Source: an uncultured delta proteobacterium
GTDB taxonomy: Bacteria > Desulfobacterota > BSN033 > UBA1163
DNA: 64,000 nucleotides
Direction: 5' to 3'
NCBI GenBank assembly: GCA_963827685.1
Contig: CAWHBU010000003.1
Span: 576,001 to 640,000 of the forward strand
Shown here one piece after another: positions 53,239 to 63,748 of this stretch (position 1 is its first letter; the number at the start of each line of letters is the position of its first letter). The notes under the pieces were generated by a model. That model was not told the origin of the DNA. It was given only the letters and a program-made list of their open reading frames with translations, and did not search any database. The position numbers were made by a program, and so were the translations under genes.

Positions 53239-53682
53239 ATGCACCCTTATATTCGTTTACTTAAGGATGGGCGAACGAGTTTGGAGCAATCAGTGACGAA
53301 GAGCCACAAACAGATAGGCATCGAAATCAAGAGAATTCGAGAGACCCGTGGAATGTCTCAAATGGAATTAGCCGAAGAGGTGGGGGTTTCGTTTCAGCAG
53401 ATTCAGAAATATGAAAAAGGCATCAATAAGATTTCTGTGGAGAGGATTCAGCAAATAGCAAAAGCCTTAGGGACTTCAGTGAATACTTTTTTTGAAAAAG
53501 AAAAAGTTCCCATGGTGTCAGAACCTCCCGATGAATATTTCCCCAAGGGGACATTGATGGACGTGACTCGGGAGGAGGCCAAACTGCTCCAACTTTTCCG
53601 GAAGATTGATAATAAGAAAATAAGGGAAGGTCTTCTTCAGCAACTGAGGGGACTCGCAGAGTTACTGGAAAGAAAGGAATAA
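53239..53682 (+). CDS. XRE family HTH regulator
   Basis: MSQMELAEEVGVSFQQIQKYEKGINKIS; start may be GTG near 53293. Confidence 0.9.
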   Translation: MHPYIRLLKDGRTSLEQSVTKSHKQIGIEIKRIRETRGMSQMELAEEVGVSFQQIQKYEKGINKISVERIQQIAKALGTSVNTFFEKEKVPMVSEPPDEYFPKGTLMDVTREEAKLLQLFRKIDNKKIREGLLQQLRGLAELLERKE

Positions 53683-53748
53683 GGATCTCTTATGGATTGA
53701 ATAAATTCAGATTTTTGTATACGATAAGCTCATCTCTTTGGAGGAAAG

Positions 53749-54178
53749 GATGGGCTTTTTCAATTCCCTTCTGATACGGATCACTTTGGCAGTTATCGGA
53801 GGAATCTTCTATGCCTTTCTTACCTATTTGATCGTCGTGTTCCTTAATCTTCCCTATGAATTTGCCTTCCTCGCAGCGGTCTTTGTCTACCTCTTCTACC
53901 TGAGTTCAAGGCTTCTTCTCCTCTTCTCTGGAATCGACTCCCCCTATTATTCCAAAGGAAGAAAAATGCCTTCAAAAACATCTATTAGAGAAAACTATTT
54001 CTATGACACGGCCCAATGGGTCGGAAAATTTTATCATCGACATGACCTTATCCTCTTTGTTTTTCTGGGTATCCTATCCATTGTTTTTCTCATCTCCCTC
54101 GTCATGGATGGGTTGAATGGAAACCCTTTTGGAAATACGATTCAAAATCTGTGGAATACCCTATTGCCTATTCGCTGA
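53749..54178 (+). CDS. hypothetical membrane protein
   Basis: Three hydrophobic segments; RBS GGAGGAAAGG. Confidence 0.7.
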
Positions 54179-54300
54179 CGCTCATCTGTTCTACCAAACC
54201 CACTGAGTGGTGGAATGTCTCAAAGCTCATTAACCAAAAGATAAAAATGGGCGTAGGCCTAAATCACGGATAATTTATCATCAACGGAGAACATGGTAGG

Positions 54301-55587
54301 TTACAGTCTCTGAATGAGATAAACAAAAGTAGGAAGACGGCTCTGGGTTTTTAATTTAAGGAATCTCCTCAGTAATTCCCTCTTACCCTCCTTATCTCTC
54401 ATCCCTTCCTCCATAAGGGGAGACAGATAGACAGCTCCTTTGTTGCGAGAGAGATCTGATCTGTCTCTGGTCAACTCTAAAAGTGAGGGTAAATGACCTG
54501 AAGGAAGATCTTTTCCGAAAACGAAGTTCGCAGTCACTTCAATCTTTTCATACCCTCTATTGATGTCTAAAATCCTGGTAAAAGCCTCGCGAACCTTTTC
54601 GACAGGAACAGGTTTCTTCAACGCCTCCAACGTGGCTGGATCATTCGACTCAAGTCCTATGTTGATATAAGTAGTAAAAGGGAGGTCGTTGAGTGACTCA
54701 AAAAGCTTTTCTTCAGAATGAATCATCGAATCGACGCTCCCAAAAAGAAAAAGACAGGTTCCTCTCAGATAAGACCGTTCAAATTCTAATATGTCGTAGG
54801 CTTTTTGGGCTGCCACCTCAAGGAGTTCTCGGCCTGCGGAAAGAGCGTCGTGCTGTCCCAAAAAAATGGCATTATAGTTGTGAAGGTCCTTCCCATAGAA
54901 CCGCTTCAAGTTTTTGATCTGTCCTATGATGTTTTTTGGAGTGTGAGGAGCGAAATCATGGCCTGTCTTCACTCGACAAAAGCCGCAGTTGTAAAGACAC
55001 CCGTCCGCCACAACGATGGGAATGACTTCGTAATCCACATGCCGGGTATCAGGCGGAAGAACGGTCACCTGGCCCCCAACGAAATGATGCAATCGGTCTG
55101 ATCTCGATCTCAGAGTCTCTTCATCGTTCTTCTTGATGATACGAGCTAAGAAATCCTTAAGGCTCCTTGGCTTAGCACCTAAAACCATTTTCTTTATTTT
55201 GACCTGAACCAACGGCCAGGACTTCAGGGCAAAATTTACGGCATCGTCGCCAAAAGGATTGTCGCCAATAATGGAGTTACTTGAATAAGAAAGACATGGG
55301 AAATAATATTCACCAAAGTAGTCGTAAATATCCTTATAATTACCAGCCGAGTAGTAAATCCAATCATGACCCACGGTTCGCTTCAGCCATTCTGCCGGAT
55401 GAGGCCAGTTCTTACCAATTCCCTGGATGTATTTGATCTCTCCATCCAGATTGAATTGAAAAATGTATTCTGGAGTCTTTATCTCTGAAAAACGACCATA
55501 CCGGACTGGAAAGCTGACCTTAGAGAACTCCTTTGATCCTTCTTTATCAAGGGTGATGATGAGATCATGAAACTGATAGGATTCCAT
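54301..55587 (-). CDS. radical SAM protein
   Basis: GCLYNCGFC (CxxxCxxC), INIGLES. Confidence 0.82.
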   Translation of the reverse strand: MESYQFHDLIITLDKEGSKEFSKVSFPVRYGRFSEIKTPEYIFQFNLDGEIKYIQGIGKNWPHPAEWLKRTVGHDWIYYSAGNYKDIYDYFGEYYFPCLSYSSNSIIGDNPFGDDAVNFALKSWPLVQVKIKKMVLGAKPRSLKDFLARIIKKNDEETLRSRSDRLHHFVGGQVTVLPPDTRHVDYEVIPIVVADGCLYNCGFCRVKTGHDFAPHTPKNIIGQIKNLKRFYGKDLHNYNAIFLGQHDALSAGRELLEVAAQKAYDILEFERSYLRGTCLFLFGSVDSMIHSEEKLFESLNDLPFTTYINIGLESNDPATLEALKKPVPVEKVREAFTRILDINRGYEKIEVTANFVFGKDLPSGHLPSLLELTRDRSDLSRNKGAVYLSPLMEEGMRDKEGKRELLRRFLKLKTQSRLPTFVYLIQRL

Positions 55588-55821
55588 ATGATCAAAGTAG
55601 TCCGATTTTGAGCTAATGTTAAATCTCACATGCTTGTTTTTCAAGCCCGCTTTCTGTGTTATCGTTAATAACTAATACAAACACACTAATTCATAGAATC
55701 CCCCCCCGCCCCTCCCCCTCAACGGGGGAGGGTGAGCCTGCCTGCCGGTAGCCAGGGGAGGGGGTGATGCCTAGGAAAATGTGGAGATAATGCAAAATTA
55801 GAAACTGGAGGAAGAGGATTA

Positions 55822-56586
55822 ATGAAATCAAAAATTAAAGAATTTGTTTTGAGTCTCGGAATAGACGATGTAGGTATCGCTGCGGTTAAAGACTATAAAA
55901 GCCCAAGGTCTCCAGATCTCCAGGCCATTTTCCCCGGGGCCAAGGCATTCGTTGTCCTCGCTTATAAAGAGCCCTCAAACTGCGAGAGCGAAAATATGCA
56001 GATCGCCATGGGTGGGCGATTGGATACAATGGAATTCTCCCGCTCGTCCAATTACAGAGTGGCGCGTTTTCTGGAAAGGGAATTTAAGGCAAAGGCGATG
56101 ACCGTACCCACATCTTATCCTCTTCATATGAGCTATGAAACCAGAGGAACAGTGGGAGATGTCTCTCTCCGTCATGCAGCTGTCGCCGCAGGTCTGGGTA
56201 ACTTTGGCCGACACAATCTGGTGATCCATCCAAAAATGGGGACAAGAGTTGTCTTTACAGCAGTGATCACGAATCTGGAGTTGCCTTCAGATCCCGCTGC
56301 TACGGAGAAGCTCTGTACGGATTGCAATCTCTGTGTCGACAATTGCCCTGTCCATGCCCTGGAGGAGGAAGGCAAAACCGATGATATGAAGTGCCTTAAA
56401 AATAGCCAGCCTTATGGCATTGGGAGTGTTATCCGTTTTTGGACCAAGTTTGCAGAGAGCACGCCGGAAGAGCAGAAAAAGATGGTGAGGGATGTGAACT
56501 TCTGGCGCTTATACCAAGCAGGGTTTATTGGGTTTCAATATTTCTGCTTCAACTGCATGAAGTCCTGTCCGGTCGGCCAAGAATAG
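55822..56586 (+). CDS. QueG/reductive-dehalogenase-like Fe-S protein
   Basis: SLRHAAVAAGLG..GRHNL, CTDCNLCVDNCP, CFNCMKSCP. Confidence 0.85.
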   Translation: MKSKIKEFVLSLGIDDVGIAAVKDYKSPRSPDLQAIFPGAKAFVVLAYKEPSNCESENMQIAMGGRLDTMEFSRSSNYRVARFLEREFKAKAMTVPTSYPLHMSYETRGTVGDVSLRHAAVAAGLGNFGRHNLVIHPKMGTRVVFTAVITNLELPSDPAATEKLCTDCNLCVDNCPVHALEEEGKTDDMKCLKNSQPYGIGSVIRFWTKFAESTPEEQKKMVRDVNFWRLYQAGFIGFQYFCFNCMKSCPVGQE

Positions 56587-56808
56587 AGTTTACAGACAAA
56601 AATAGAATACTTCCGTTTAATCTCTAATAATTGTATGTGCCTTTGCGCTCTTGCCTTGAACGCTTAACCTCACGCTCAACAAAATAATAATTTTTTTGGA
56701 ACCAAATCGGGGCGGTTGTTGTCTTTAATACTATAAAACAAATGCCCCTCACCCTTCCCCTCTCCCCACAGGGGAGAGGGAGGGATTAGAAGAAAGGAGG
56801 ATTTTCCA

Positions 56809-58224
56809 ATAAAAAGGCTTATCGTTTTAATTACCCTCATCTTTTTCATCTTTTCTATCCAAATAGGTGATGCAGCACAGTTGACCAGTTCGCTCAAGGA
56901 TCAGCAGGATGTGGCGGTCACCATTTACAATTCGAATGTCGGTTTGGTTAAGGATATTCGCCTTATTGATTTTAGACCCGGTATCCACGAATTGAAGTTC
57001 ATGGATGTCGCAGCAAAGATTGACCCCACGACTGTTCACATTAAATCCTTAATCAACGGATCCAGTCTCAACATCTTGGAACAGAATTATGAATACGATC
57101 TTCTCAGCCCTCAGAAGCTTCTTGAAAAATTCGTAGGGCAGAACGTCCAACTTGCCACGAATAACCCCGAAACGAAAAAAGAGGAGATTGTTGAAGCAAC
57201 CCTTCTCTCCACTCAGGGTGGAAATATATTTCAGATAGGAGACAAAATCTCCATCAGCCATCCAGGACGCATTTTGCTTTCAAAGATCCCTGAAAACCTC
57301 ATCGCTCAGCCCACCTTAGTATGGATGTTGGAAAATAAACTTTCAAAACCTCAGAAATTAGAAGCCTCTTACCTCACCTCAGGGATTAACTGGAAGGCTG
57401 ATTACGTAGCGGTCGTGAATAAATTGGACACGATGACTGATTTGACCGGCTGGGTGACCATAGACAATCGGAGTGGCGCCACTTACCAAAATGCACTGCT
57501 TAAATTGGTAGCCGGCGATATCCATCGGGTTCAAGCAGAGGTGCAGATGGATTACGCAAGGGCAAAAGTGGCTGCTAAAGAAGCTGCCAGTCCTCAGTTT
57601 AAAGAAGAATCTTTCTTCGAATACCATCTCTATACTCTGGATCGAAGAACCACAATCAAAGATAATCAAACCAAGCAAATGACTCTTCTTGACGCTAATC
57701 AGGTCCCCATCAAGAAACTCTTTATCTTTTCAGGCAACCCCCAATACTATTATTACCAGGATCAGAGCTCAAATAAGCAAAAGATTGGGGTCTTTCTCGA
57801 ACTGGAGAACTCGAAGAAAAATAACCTGGGAATTCCCCTCCCCAAGGGAACAATCCGTGTGTATAAAGAAGACAAAGATGGAAGCCTCCAATTTGTGGGA
57901 GAGGACAGCATCGATCATACTCCAAAGGACGAAAAATTTAAGATCAAGATCGGAGAGGCCTTTGACGTGGTTGGAGAGAGGGTTCAGACGGATTACAAAC
58001 GGCTGGGCCGAAACCTTTTTGAGGTGGCCTTTGAGGTGAGTTTAAGAAATCACAAGAACGAAGACATTAAGGTTTTCGTCGAAGAACCCATCCCTGGCGA
58101 TTGGGAGATGCTTTCGAACACCCATCCGTTTGAGAAACTGAGCGCTCATCTGATGCGTTTTGAAGTACCCGTAGCTAAAGATAAGGAAGTGAAAGTGAAA
58201 TATAGGATTCGGTTTAAATATTGA
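56809..58224 (+). CDS. DUF4139/DUF4140 family exported protein
   Basis: VTIYNSNVGLVKD, YEYDLLS, SYLTSGINWKADY. Frame extends upstream to ATA 56809 behind AAGGAGG, adding a signal peptide. Confidence 0.85.
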   Translation: MKRLIVLITLIFFIFSIQIGDAAQLTSSLKDQQDVAVTIYNSNVGLVKDIRLIDFRPGIHELKFMDVAAKIDPTTVHIKSLINGSSLNILEQNYEYDLLSPQKLLEKFVGQNVQLATNNPETKKEEIVEATLLSTQGGNIFQIGDKISISHPGRILLSKIPENLIAQPTLVWMLENKLSKPQKLEASYLTSGINWKADYVAVVNKLDTMTDLTGWVTIDNRSGATYQNALLKLVAGDIHRVQAEVQMDYARAKVAAKEAASPQFKEESFFEYHLYTLDRRTTIKDNQTKQMTLLDANQVPIKKLFIFSGNPQYYYYQDQSSNKQKIGVFLELENSKKNNLGIPLPKGTIRVYKEDKDGSLQFVGEDSIDHTPKDEKFKIKIGEAFDVVGERVQTDYKRLGRNLFEVAFEVSLRNHKNEDIKVFVEEPIPGDWEMLSNTHPFEKLSAHLMRFEVPVAKDKEVKVKYRIRFKY

Positions 58225-58291
58225 AAGACCCTGTCACCGCGCCGTCGCCAAAGCGGCTATGGCGCGTCGGCGACCTTCCCCTCTCCCCTCA

Positions 58292-58545
58292 GAGACTGTG
58301 TCGTAATCGCAGTGAGGGACAGGTGACCAGCTTCGGAAGCTTTAGAATTGCGGGTTTTTGAAAGGTATGGTCAATCATTCTTGCCATCAGGAATGATGTC
58401 TTCATGAAGTATATGCGTATGAATTTACATGATAAAAGGTTCCGCTCTAAAGCTTTCTCAGCCAGCCCCCTGTCCCCTAACAATCTTGTATTCTCTAACA
58501 TGAAGGATTCATCTCTTTGCGTAGTCACCATTGCGACACAGTCTC
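58292..58545. mobile_element. 254-bp MITE-like element inserted in a CCCTCTCCC/GGGAGAGGG hairpin repeat
   Basis: TIRs GAGACTGTGTCGTAA / TTGCGACACAGTCTC (1 mismatch). Confidence 0.7.
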
Positions 58546-58605
58546 CCAGGGGAGAGGGCGGGGTGAGGGGAACTCTGCATTCCGCATTCTGCAATCCAAA
58601 ATCTG

Positions 58606-59373
58606 TTAAATTACCGGTTTTTGTTTCTCTTCCATTCCTTTCTTCTCATTCACCGTCCGTAGGATTGCCATTCCGACAATGAAGAAGAGAAGGACGGAAA
58701 GGATACCCGATTGGACACTTCCCGTGATGGCAATTAATATTCCGTAGATCAGAGGTCCAAAGATAGAGGCAAATTTTCCGGAAACACCGAAGAAGGCAAA
58801 AAACTCCGCGCTATTGACATCCGGAGTAAAGATGCCTTGGAGGAAACGAGAGGCGGCCTGACTTCCGCCCATCACTAATGCGGCCAACACCCCCAATATC
58901 CAGAATTCTGTCTTTGGATCCCATAAAACGCCCAACCGGAAGGCCCACAGGACAATGAAGGACCAGATCCCTAATGTAAAAGACGTTTCCCTCCGCAAAA
59001 CCGATATTAGCAATGATGAAAAAGATCGCGCCCATCCAATAATCACCTGCATGGACGAAATAAAGGAGGCCGGAGAAAAGGACGCCGCCAAAACAAAAGG
59101 CCATCAAAAACCGTTTCTTTGATCCGAAGGCGTCGGCTATCGCACCTAAAAAAGGCGAAAAGATGGCTGAGATGGCCATGCTGAGAGCCACGGAGAAAGT
59201 GAAAAAGGAGGCACCGTGGAGACGGAATCCCAAAATTCAACCCCTTTCTCTCCACCTGCTACGACCGTGGCAAAATATTGATTGAAGATGACGGCGAGAA
59301 TGGTGGTGGCAAAAGCAGAGTTGGCGAAATCATACATCGCCCACCCAAAGATCTCTCGTTTTTGCACCGGCAT
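58606..59373 (-). pseudogene. MFS transporter (UMF1/ATG22-like), fragmented
   Basis: WAMYDFANSAF, SPFLGAIADA, GGSQAASR..AEFFAFFG lie in three frames; total length is far below a full MFS. Confidence 0.85.
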
Positions 59374-59481
59374 GGTTAAATGATGGCGTGACGCGCAGAA
59401 ATAGATGATGGCATGACGCGGAGATTGGGAGATAAGGTGATTTTTTATCTCTCTGTCTCCGCGTCTCCCTATCTATCTTGA

Positions 59482-60453
59482 TCAGACTGCCCTGATCTCC
59501 TGCCGCATAAAGACGAGGTAACAAACTCCAAAACAGAGGAAAGTCATGGCGACAATAGAAATCAGATACGGGGCGACGATAAGGAGGCTCTGCAAAAGGG
59601 GAAGCGGGTTTTGAAAACGAGACGCAGAAAGTTTCTCCAAGGGTCCCATTAAAGCATAGGCTATGGGTCTTGTTGTTTGATTCATCGGGTTGAGGACCAA
59701 GGAAGTAGCTTCGCTATAAAGAGTCACGGGAGAAAAAAGGGAAACAGTGTGCTGTATTTGTTCATTTAGAATAACGACATTGCGGTCAACTCCAGCGCCG
59801 CTTTGACTGATCGGAGCAATCGCATTTGCAAGGGCGCCTGCCCCCAAGCTCACGAAGAATGAGAAAAATATCCAGACCGCTAAGGAGGCCAGCGCGGAAG
59901 TGGCCGTACTGCGAAAGACCACTGAAAAGAGGATAGATATCCCTAACCAGAAAGAAACGTAGAGAATACTCGTGATCACATAGATCGCAAGACGCCAGAC
60001 CTCTTCCGAACCAGGCACCACACCGATCAATCGAATGCCCAAGCCTGAGATGATCAGGATAATGGCGACCAATACAATAGAGATAATCGTAACACCTGCC
60101 AGAAACTTTGCATTGATAATCGAGTCACGATAGATGGGCTGGGAGGCCAGCTTGCTCAGCGTCCGGGAGACTCTTTCCCGATTGATCGAATCGAATCCAA
60201 GAAAGATGCCGATGAGGGGACCAAAAAAGCCGATGAACTGGACAAAGGAGAAGAGTTTTCCTGTGGAGGTAAACAGCCACAAGAAGAGGAGGGTGGGTTT
60301 CGCCGCTCCTTTCGCTTCTTCCTGGATGCCCATGCCCACCATGGCGGCAATAATCACGCCTACCATCACAATCAATGCAGAGATAAGAAGAAACCGTACA
60401 CTGCTGAAATGGTCCTCCAGCTCTTTTCTCAATAAGGTGAATATCCCGCGCAA
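59482..60453 (-). CDS. ABC transporter permease
   Basis: GFDSINRE..RTLSKL..QPIYRD..INAKF. Confidence 0.9.
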   Translation of the reverse strand: MRGIFTLLRKELEDHFSSVRFLLISALIVMVGVIIAAMVGMGIQEEAKGAAKPTLLFLWLFTSTGKLFSFVQFIGFFGPLIGIFLGFDSINRERVSRTLSKLASQPIYRDSIINAKFLAGVTIISIVLVAIILIISGLGIRLIGVVPGSEEVWRLAIYVITSILYVSFWLGISILFSVVFRSTATSALASLAVWIFFSFFVSLGAGALANAIAPISQSGAGVDRNVVILNEQIQHTVSLFSPVTLYSEATSLVLNPMNQTTRPIAYALMGPLEKLSASRFQNPLPLLQSLLIVAPYLISIVAMTFLCFGVCYLVFMRQEIRAV

Positions 60454-60454
60454 G

Positions 60455-61207
60455 TTAAGCCTCCTTGAAATATTTCATATAGATTTCTTCAAGCGTGTAA
60501 TGTTCTTTATCCACACCCAATTTCTTTTTGGCGAGATCTTCGATAGGACCCACCGCTACCAAACTTCCTTTGATCATGATGCCAACCCGATCGCAAATCC
60601 GTTGAACCTGATCGAGGAGATGGGAGGACAGAAAAATAGTGATATGCTGTTCTCGACTGAGATTGTGGATAAGGTCGAGCATTCGATTCGTTCCGTCTGG
60701 GTCCAGACCAATGGTCGGCTCATCGAGGAAGATGAGCTTCGGTTCCTTGATCAAAACCTCCGCAATTCCAAGGCGCTGTCTCATTCCCTTCGAATAGGTC
60801 CCCACCTTCTTCTTTACTTCTTCAAAAAGACCAACCTCTTCGAGCAACTCGTCAATCTTCTTGGCAGAGACTTTATCGGGGATGCGGTTCAAACGGGCGA
60901 TGAACCGGAGATTCTGCCTGGCATCCATATCATCATAAAAACCCACATTTTCAGGCAGATACCCAACCTTCTCCTTCACGCGGAGTGGTTCGCGTGCTGG
61001 ATCGAATCCAATAACTCGGACCTTCCCTGAGGAAGGCTCGGTTAGGCCCAAGAACATGAGAAGGGTCGTCGTCTTACCTGCTCCATTGGGACCGAGAAAT
61101 CCAAACACCTCCCCTTCCCGAATCTGAAGAGCGAGGTTATTCACGGCGAACTGAGTTCCATACTTCTTCGTCAGCCCTTCGGCTTCGATGATGATCTGCT
61201 CTTCCAA
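60455..61207 (-). CDS. ABC transporter ATP-binding protein
   Basis: GPNGAGKTT, YSKGMRQR, LDEP, SSH. Confidence 0.95.
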   Translation of the reverse strand: MEEQIIIEAEGLTKKYGTQFAVNNLALQIREGEVFGFLGPNGAGKTTTLLMFLGLTEPSSGKVRVIGFDPAREPLRVKEKVGYLPENVGFYDDMDARQNLRFIARLNRIPDKVSAKKIDELLEEVGLFEEVKKKVGTYSKGMRQRLGIAEVLIKEPKLIFLDEPTIGLDPDGTNRMLDLIHNLSREQHITIFLSSHLLDQVQRICDRVGIMIKGSLVAVGPIEDLAKKKLGVDKEHYTLEEIYMKYFKEA

Positions 61208-61208
61208 T

Positions 61209-62441
61209 TTATCGTCTCCCCAACCAGATGAACAAGCCGCTCAACCCGGCAATTACAAAAATAATGACAAAGATTGCGATCCAGCCCCATTTGGCAGAGG
61301 CCTTCACCGTCACTCTCATTTCAATTGTCTTATCCGTTTTTTCTCCATTGACTAAGACCCCTACTGAATAATCCCCAACCAAGGCCTGTGCTGCCGGCTT
61401 GACTGTGACCTCAATCTGTTTCAAAGCGTCGGTTACTAAAGCATCGATTTTTTCCGGTTTGAAAGTGACTTCCCAATTCTCAGGTTTGAAGGAAGAAAAA
61501 GTAATGTTCCGGTTCACCGCAGAGCCCGTGTTCTTTACGAAGAATGAAAAATTGGCCGTTTTACCTGCAACGGCTTCCAGAGAGAGGATCCCCGAAGGCG
61601 TTCCCGCATCGAGCTTGTAAATACCTGTCAGGACCACCATCAACTTTACCTCAGCCCTTTTCTCTCCCGAAGTCACCCTTACCAGTATGGGATATTCCCC
61701 GGCGGGAGCTTCTTTCGCAGGAGTGACTTCAACAGCCACCGACTGACTCGTTCCTCCCTTGATCCGGAAACTGGAGATCTGTTTCTGTTCATAAGAGGGC
61801 TTGAAATTGATCTCCCACTTTTCTGGCCCGACCGCAGCTAAGTTGAATGTCCGATCCGTCTCAATCTTGTTCATGATATCCAAAGAAAATTCGAACTTGG
61901 CATCTGTCTGTCCCCTTAATACTGGATAGGATGTCGTGATCTGGATGTCCTCCAGACCTGCGGTTCGTTCCTGAACTGTTACATTCAGCTTATTCGAAAA
62001 AGTGAACTTTCCGTCAGCCGTCTGGGCGTCGAACTGAAAGATATAATCTCCAGGCCCCACCGTTTTATCGGGTTCCAGAGTCAGAGCCAGGTTCTTCGTC
62101 TTTCCGTTGGGAACGTATAACCCTGAGACCACGTAACTTCCCCCTTTCAGCGTAGCTTTCCATCCCTTTGGAATCGTAGAAATCTTGACATCGATGATTT
62201 CATCCGTGCGGCCTTTGTCCTCCAGGATTAGATCCATTCGAACTGTCTCTCCTCTGGGCACAACCACTCCAGAAAATTCCGGAAAAACTGCGATGCCGCG
62301 CTCTGGCCTGTGGTCCTTCTTATCCTCCTGGGCAAGGATAAAGGATGGAGTGATGAGACAAAATATCAGAGCAACCAAAAAAATAGATAATGATTTTCGG
62401 CTTCGATTCACTCGCCACATATGTCTACCTCCTAAAAACAT
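61209..62441 (-). CDS. NEW3 (NPCBM-associated) Ig-like membrane-anchored protein of the ABC system
   Basis: Signal peptide, three Ig-like repeats (PKGW, PEKW, PENW; GDY/GEY), C-terminal TM. Confidence 0.8.
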   Translation of the reverse strand: MFLGGRHMWRVNRSRKSLSIFLVALIFCLITPSFILAQEDKKDHRPERGIAVFPEFSGVVVPRGETVRMDLILEDKGRTDEIIDVKISTIPKGWKATLKGGSYVVSGLYVPNGKTKNLALTLEPDKTVGPGDYIFQFDAQTADGKFTFSNKLNVTVQERTAGLEDIQITTSYPVLRGQTDAKFEFSLDIMNKIETDRTFNLAAVGPEKWEINFKPSYEQKQISSFRIKGGTSQSVAVEVTPAKEAPAGEYPILVRVTSGEKRAEVKLMVVLTGIYKLDAGTPSGILSLEAVAGKTANFSFFVKNTGSAVNRNITFSSFKPENWEVTFKPEKIDALVTDALKQIEVTVKPAAQALVGDYSVGVLVNGEKTDKTIEMRVTVKASAKWGWIAIFVIIFVIAGLSGLFIWLGRR

Positions 62442-62544
62442 CTGTTAGAATTTCAAACCTTTTAGATTTTGTATTTTGAAAAACCCGAGAGGAATTTTTC
62501 GCACCAAAATGTAATCGTTTGACAATTGGTTGTCAAGATAAACT

Positions 62545-63651
62545 TTATAACATTTTTCCGACAGATTTCAAACCCGTCCCCGTTAAAGTGGAGACCACGG
62601 TTTCCCGTCTTCTCCTTTTTCTGAAGTACTTTTTTAATCCGGCAATCGTCGCTGCGGAGGTGGGCTCGATGAAATGACCTTTTCGACCCATTTCCATCAG
62701 GGCCTTCCTAATCTCCTCTTCCGTTACCACCAGAATCTCTCCATCCGTCTCCTGGATCGCCTCCAGTATCTGCCTTCCCCTGACAGGTTCTGAGATGGCA
62801 ATCCCCTCGGCAATGGTCTCTTCCTTTTTAGTGGGCCGGGTCTCTCTCCAACCTTTTCTAAAGGCCTGATAGAGAGGGGCGCAAAGAACAGATTGGACAC
62901 CCACCAGCCTGGGAATTCTCTTAATCATCCCTGCTTCCTTCAACTCTCTGAAGCCCATCGTGGCTCCTAAGAAAAGCGTCCCATGTCCAATGGGGAGCAC
63001 AAGTACATCCGGAGCCTTCCAACCCATCTGCTCCCAGACTTCAAAGGCGAAGGTTTTTGTTCCATGGAGAAAAAAAGGATTCCAGCAATGACTGGCATAA
63101 GGGATTTTGGAGGCAGCTTCAATCGCCACCTCCGCTGTCCTTTCCCTCGAACCCCGCACCTTTTTTAAGGTCGCCCCGTAAGCTTGGATTTGGACTGTCT
63201 TCTCTGAAGAGGTGTCCTGGGGAACGTAGATCTTACATGCTATTTCTGCTCTGGCACAGTAAGCCGCAATGGCTGATCCCGCATTGCCTGAGGAATCCTC
63301 GACCACTTTTTGAACTCCCCACTCCTTCATTTTACTGATGAGCACTGTGGCTCCGCGATCTTTATAAGATCCTGTCGGGAAAAGATAATCGATCTTTATG
63401 AGGGTGCGATACCCGTCGAACTCTATCTCCTCCAGAGGAGTAAACCCTTCATTCATCGAGAGGATAGAGGCCTCGTGATGGATTGGGATCGCTTCACGAT
63501 ATCGCCATAAGGTAGGACCTCTTATTAGAATTCTTTCAATGAAAAATTTGGATTCAAATTCGAGGTCTAGAAAGGAACCGCAATCGCATCGCCATCTGGA
63601 CGGCTGAAGAGGATAGAAACGGTTGCAATTTGAACAAAAAAATCTCTCCAT
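62545..63651 (-). CDS. thrC: threonine synthase-like PLP enzyme
   Basis: EGFTPL, PTGSYKDRG, DSSGNAG, EPTSA, LTGTGLK. Confidence 0.8.
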   Translation of the reverse strand: MERFFCSNCNRFYPLQPSRWRCDCGSFLDLEFESKFFIERILIRGPTLWRYREAIPIHHEASILSMNEGFTPLEEIEFDGYRTLIKIDYLFPTGSYKDRGATVLISKMKEWGVQKVVEDSSGNAGSAIAAYCARAEIACKIYVPQDTSSEKTVQIQAYGATLKKVRGSRERTAEVAIEAASKIPYASHCWNPFFLHGTKTFAFEVWEQMGWKAPDVLVLPIGHGTLFLGATMGFRELKEAGMIKRIPRLVGVQSVLCAPLYQAFRKGWRETRPTKKEETIAEGIAISEPVRGRQILEAIQETDGEILVVTEEEIRKALMEMGRKGHFIEPTSAATIAGLKKYFRKRRRRETVVSTLTGTGLKSVGKML

Positions 63652-63660
63652 GATTAAAAA

Positions 63661-63737
63661 TCAAGGGATTGAGGAATTGAGGAATTACAAATTCCTAAAT
63701 TCCAAAATCCCTGAATCCCTAAATTCCTGAATTCCCT
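63661..63737. repeat. inverted octamer tandem-repeat array
   Basis: (AGGAATTG)-like x3 facing (AAATTCCT)-like x6. Confidence 0.8.
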
Positions 63738-63748
63738 ATGCGTTTTTA

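Noticed and set aside
55822-56586. Respiratory reductive dehalogenase
   Set aside because: Only 254 aa, no Tat signal, no rdhB anchor gene
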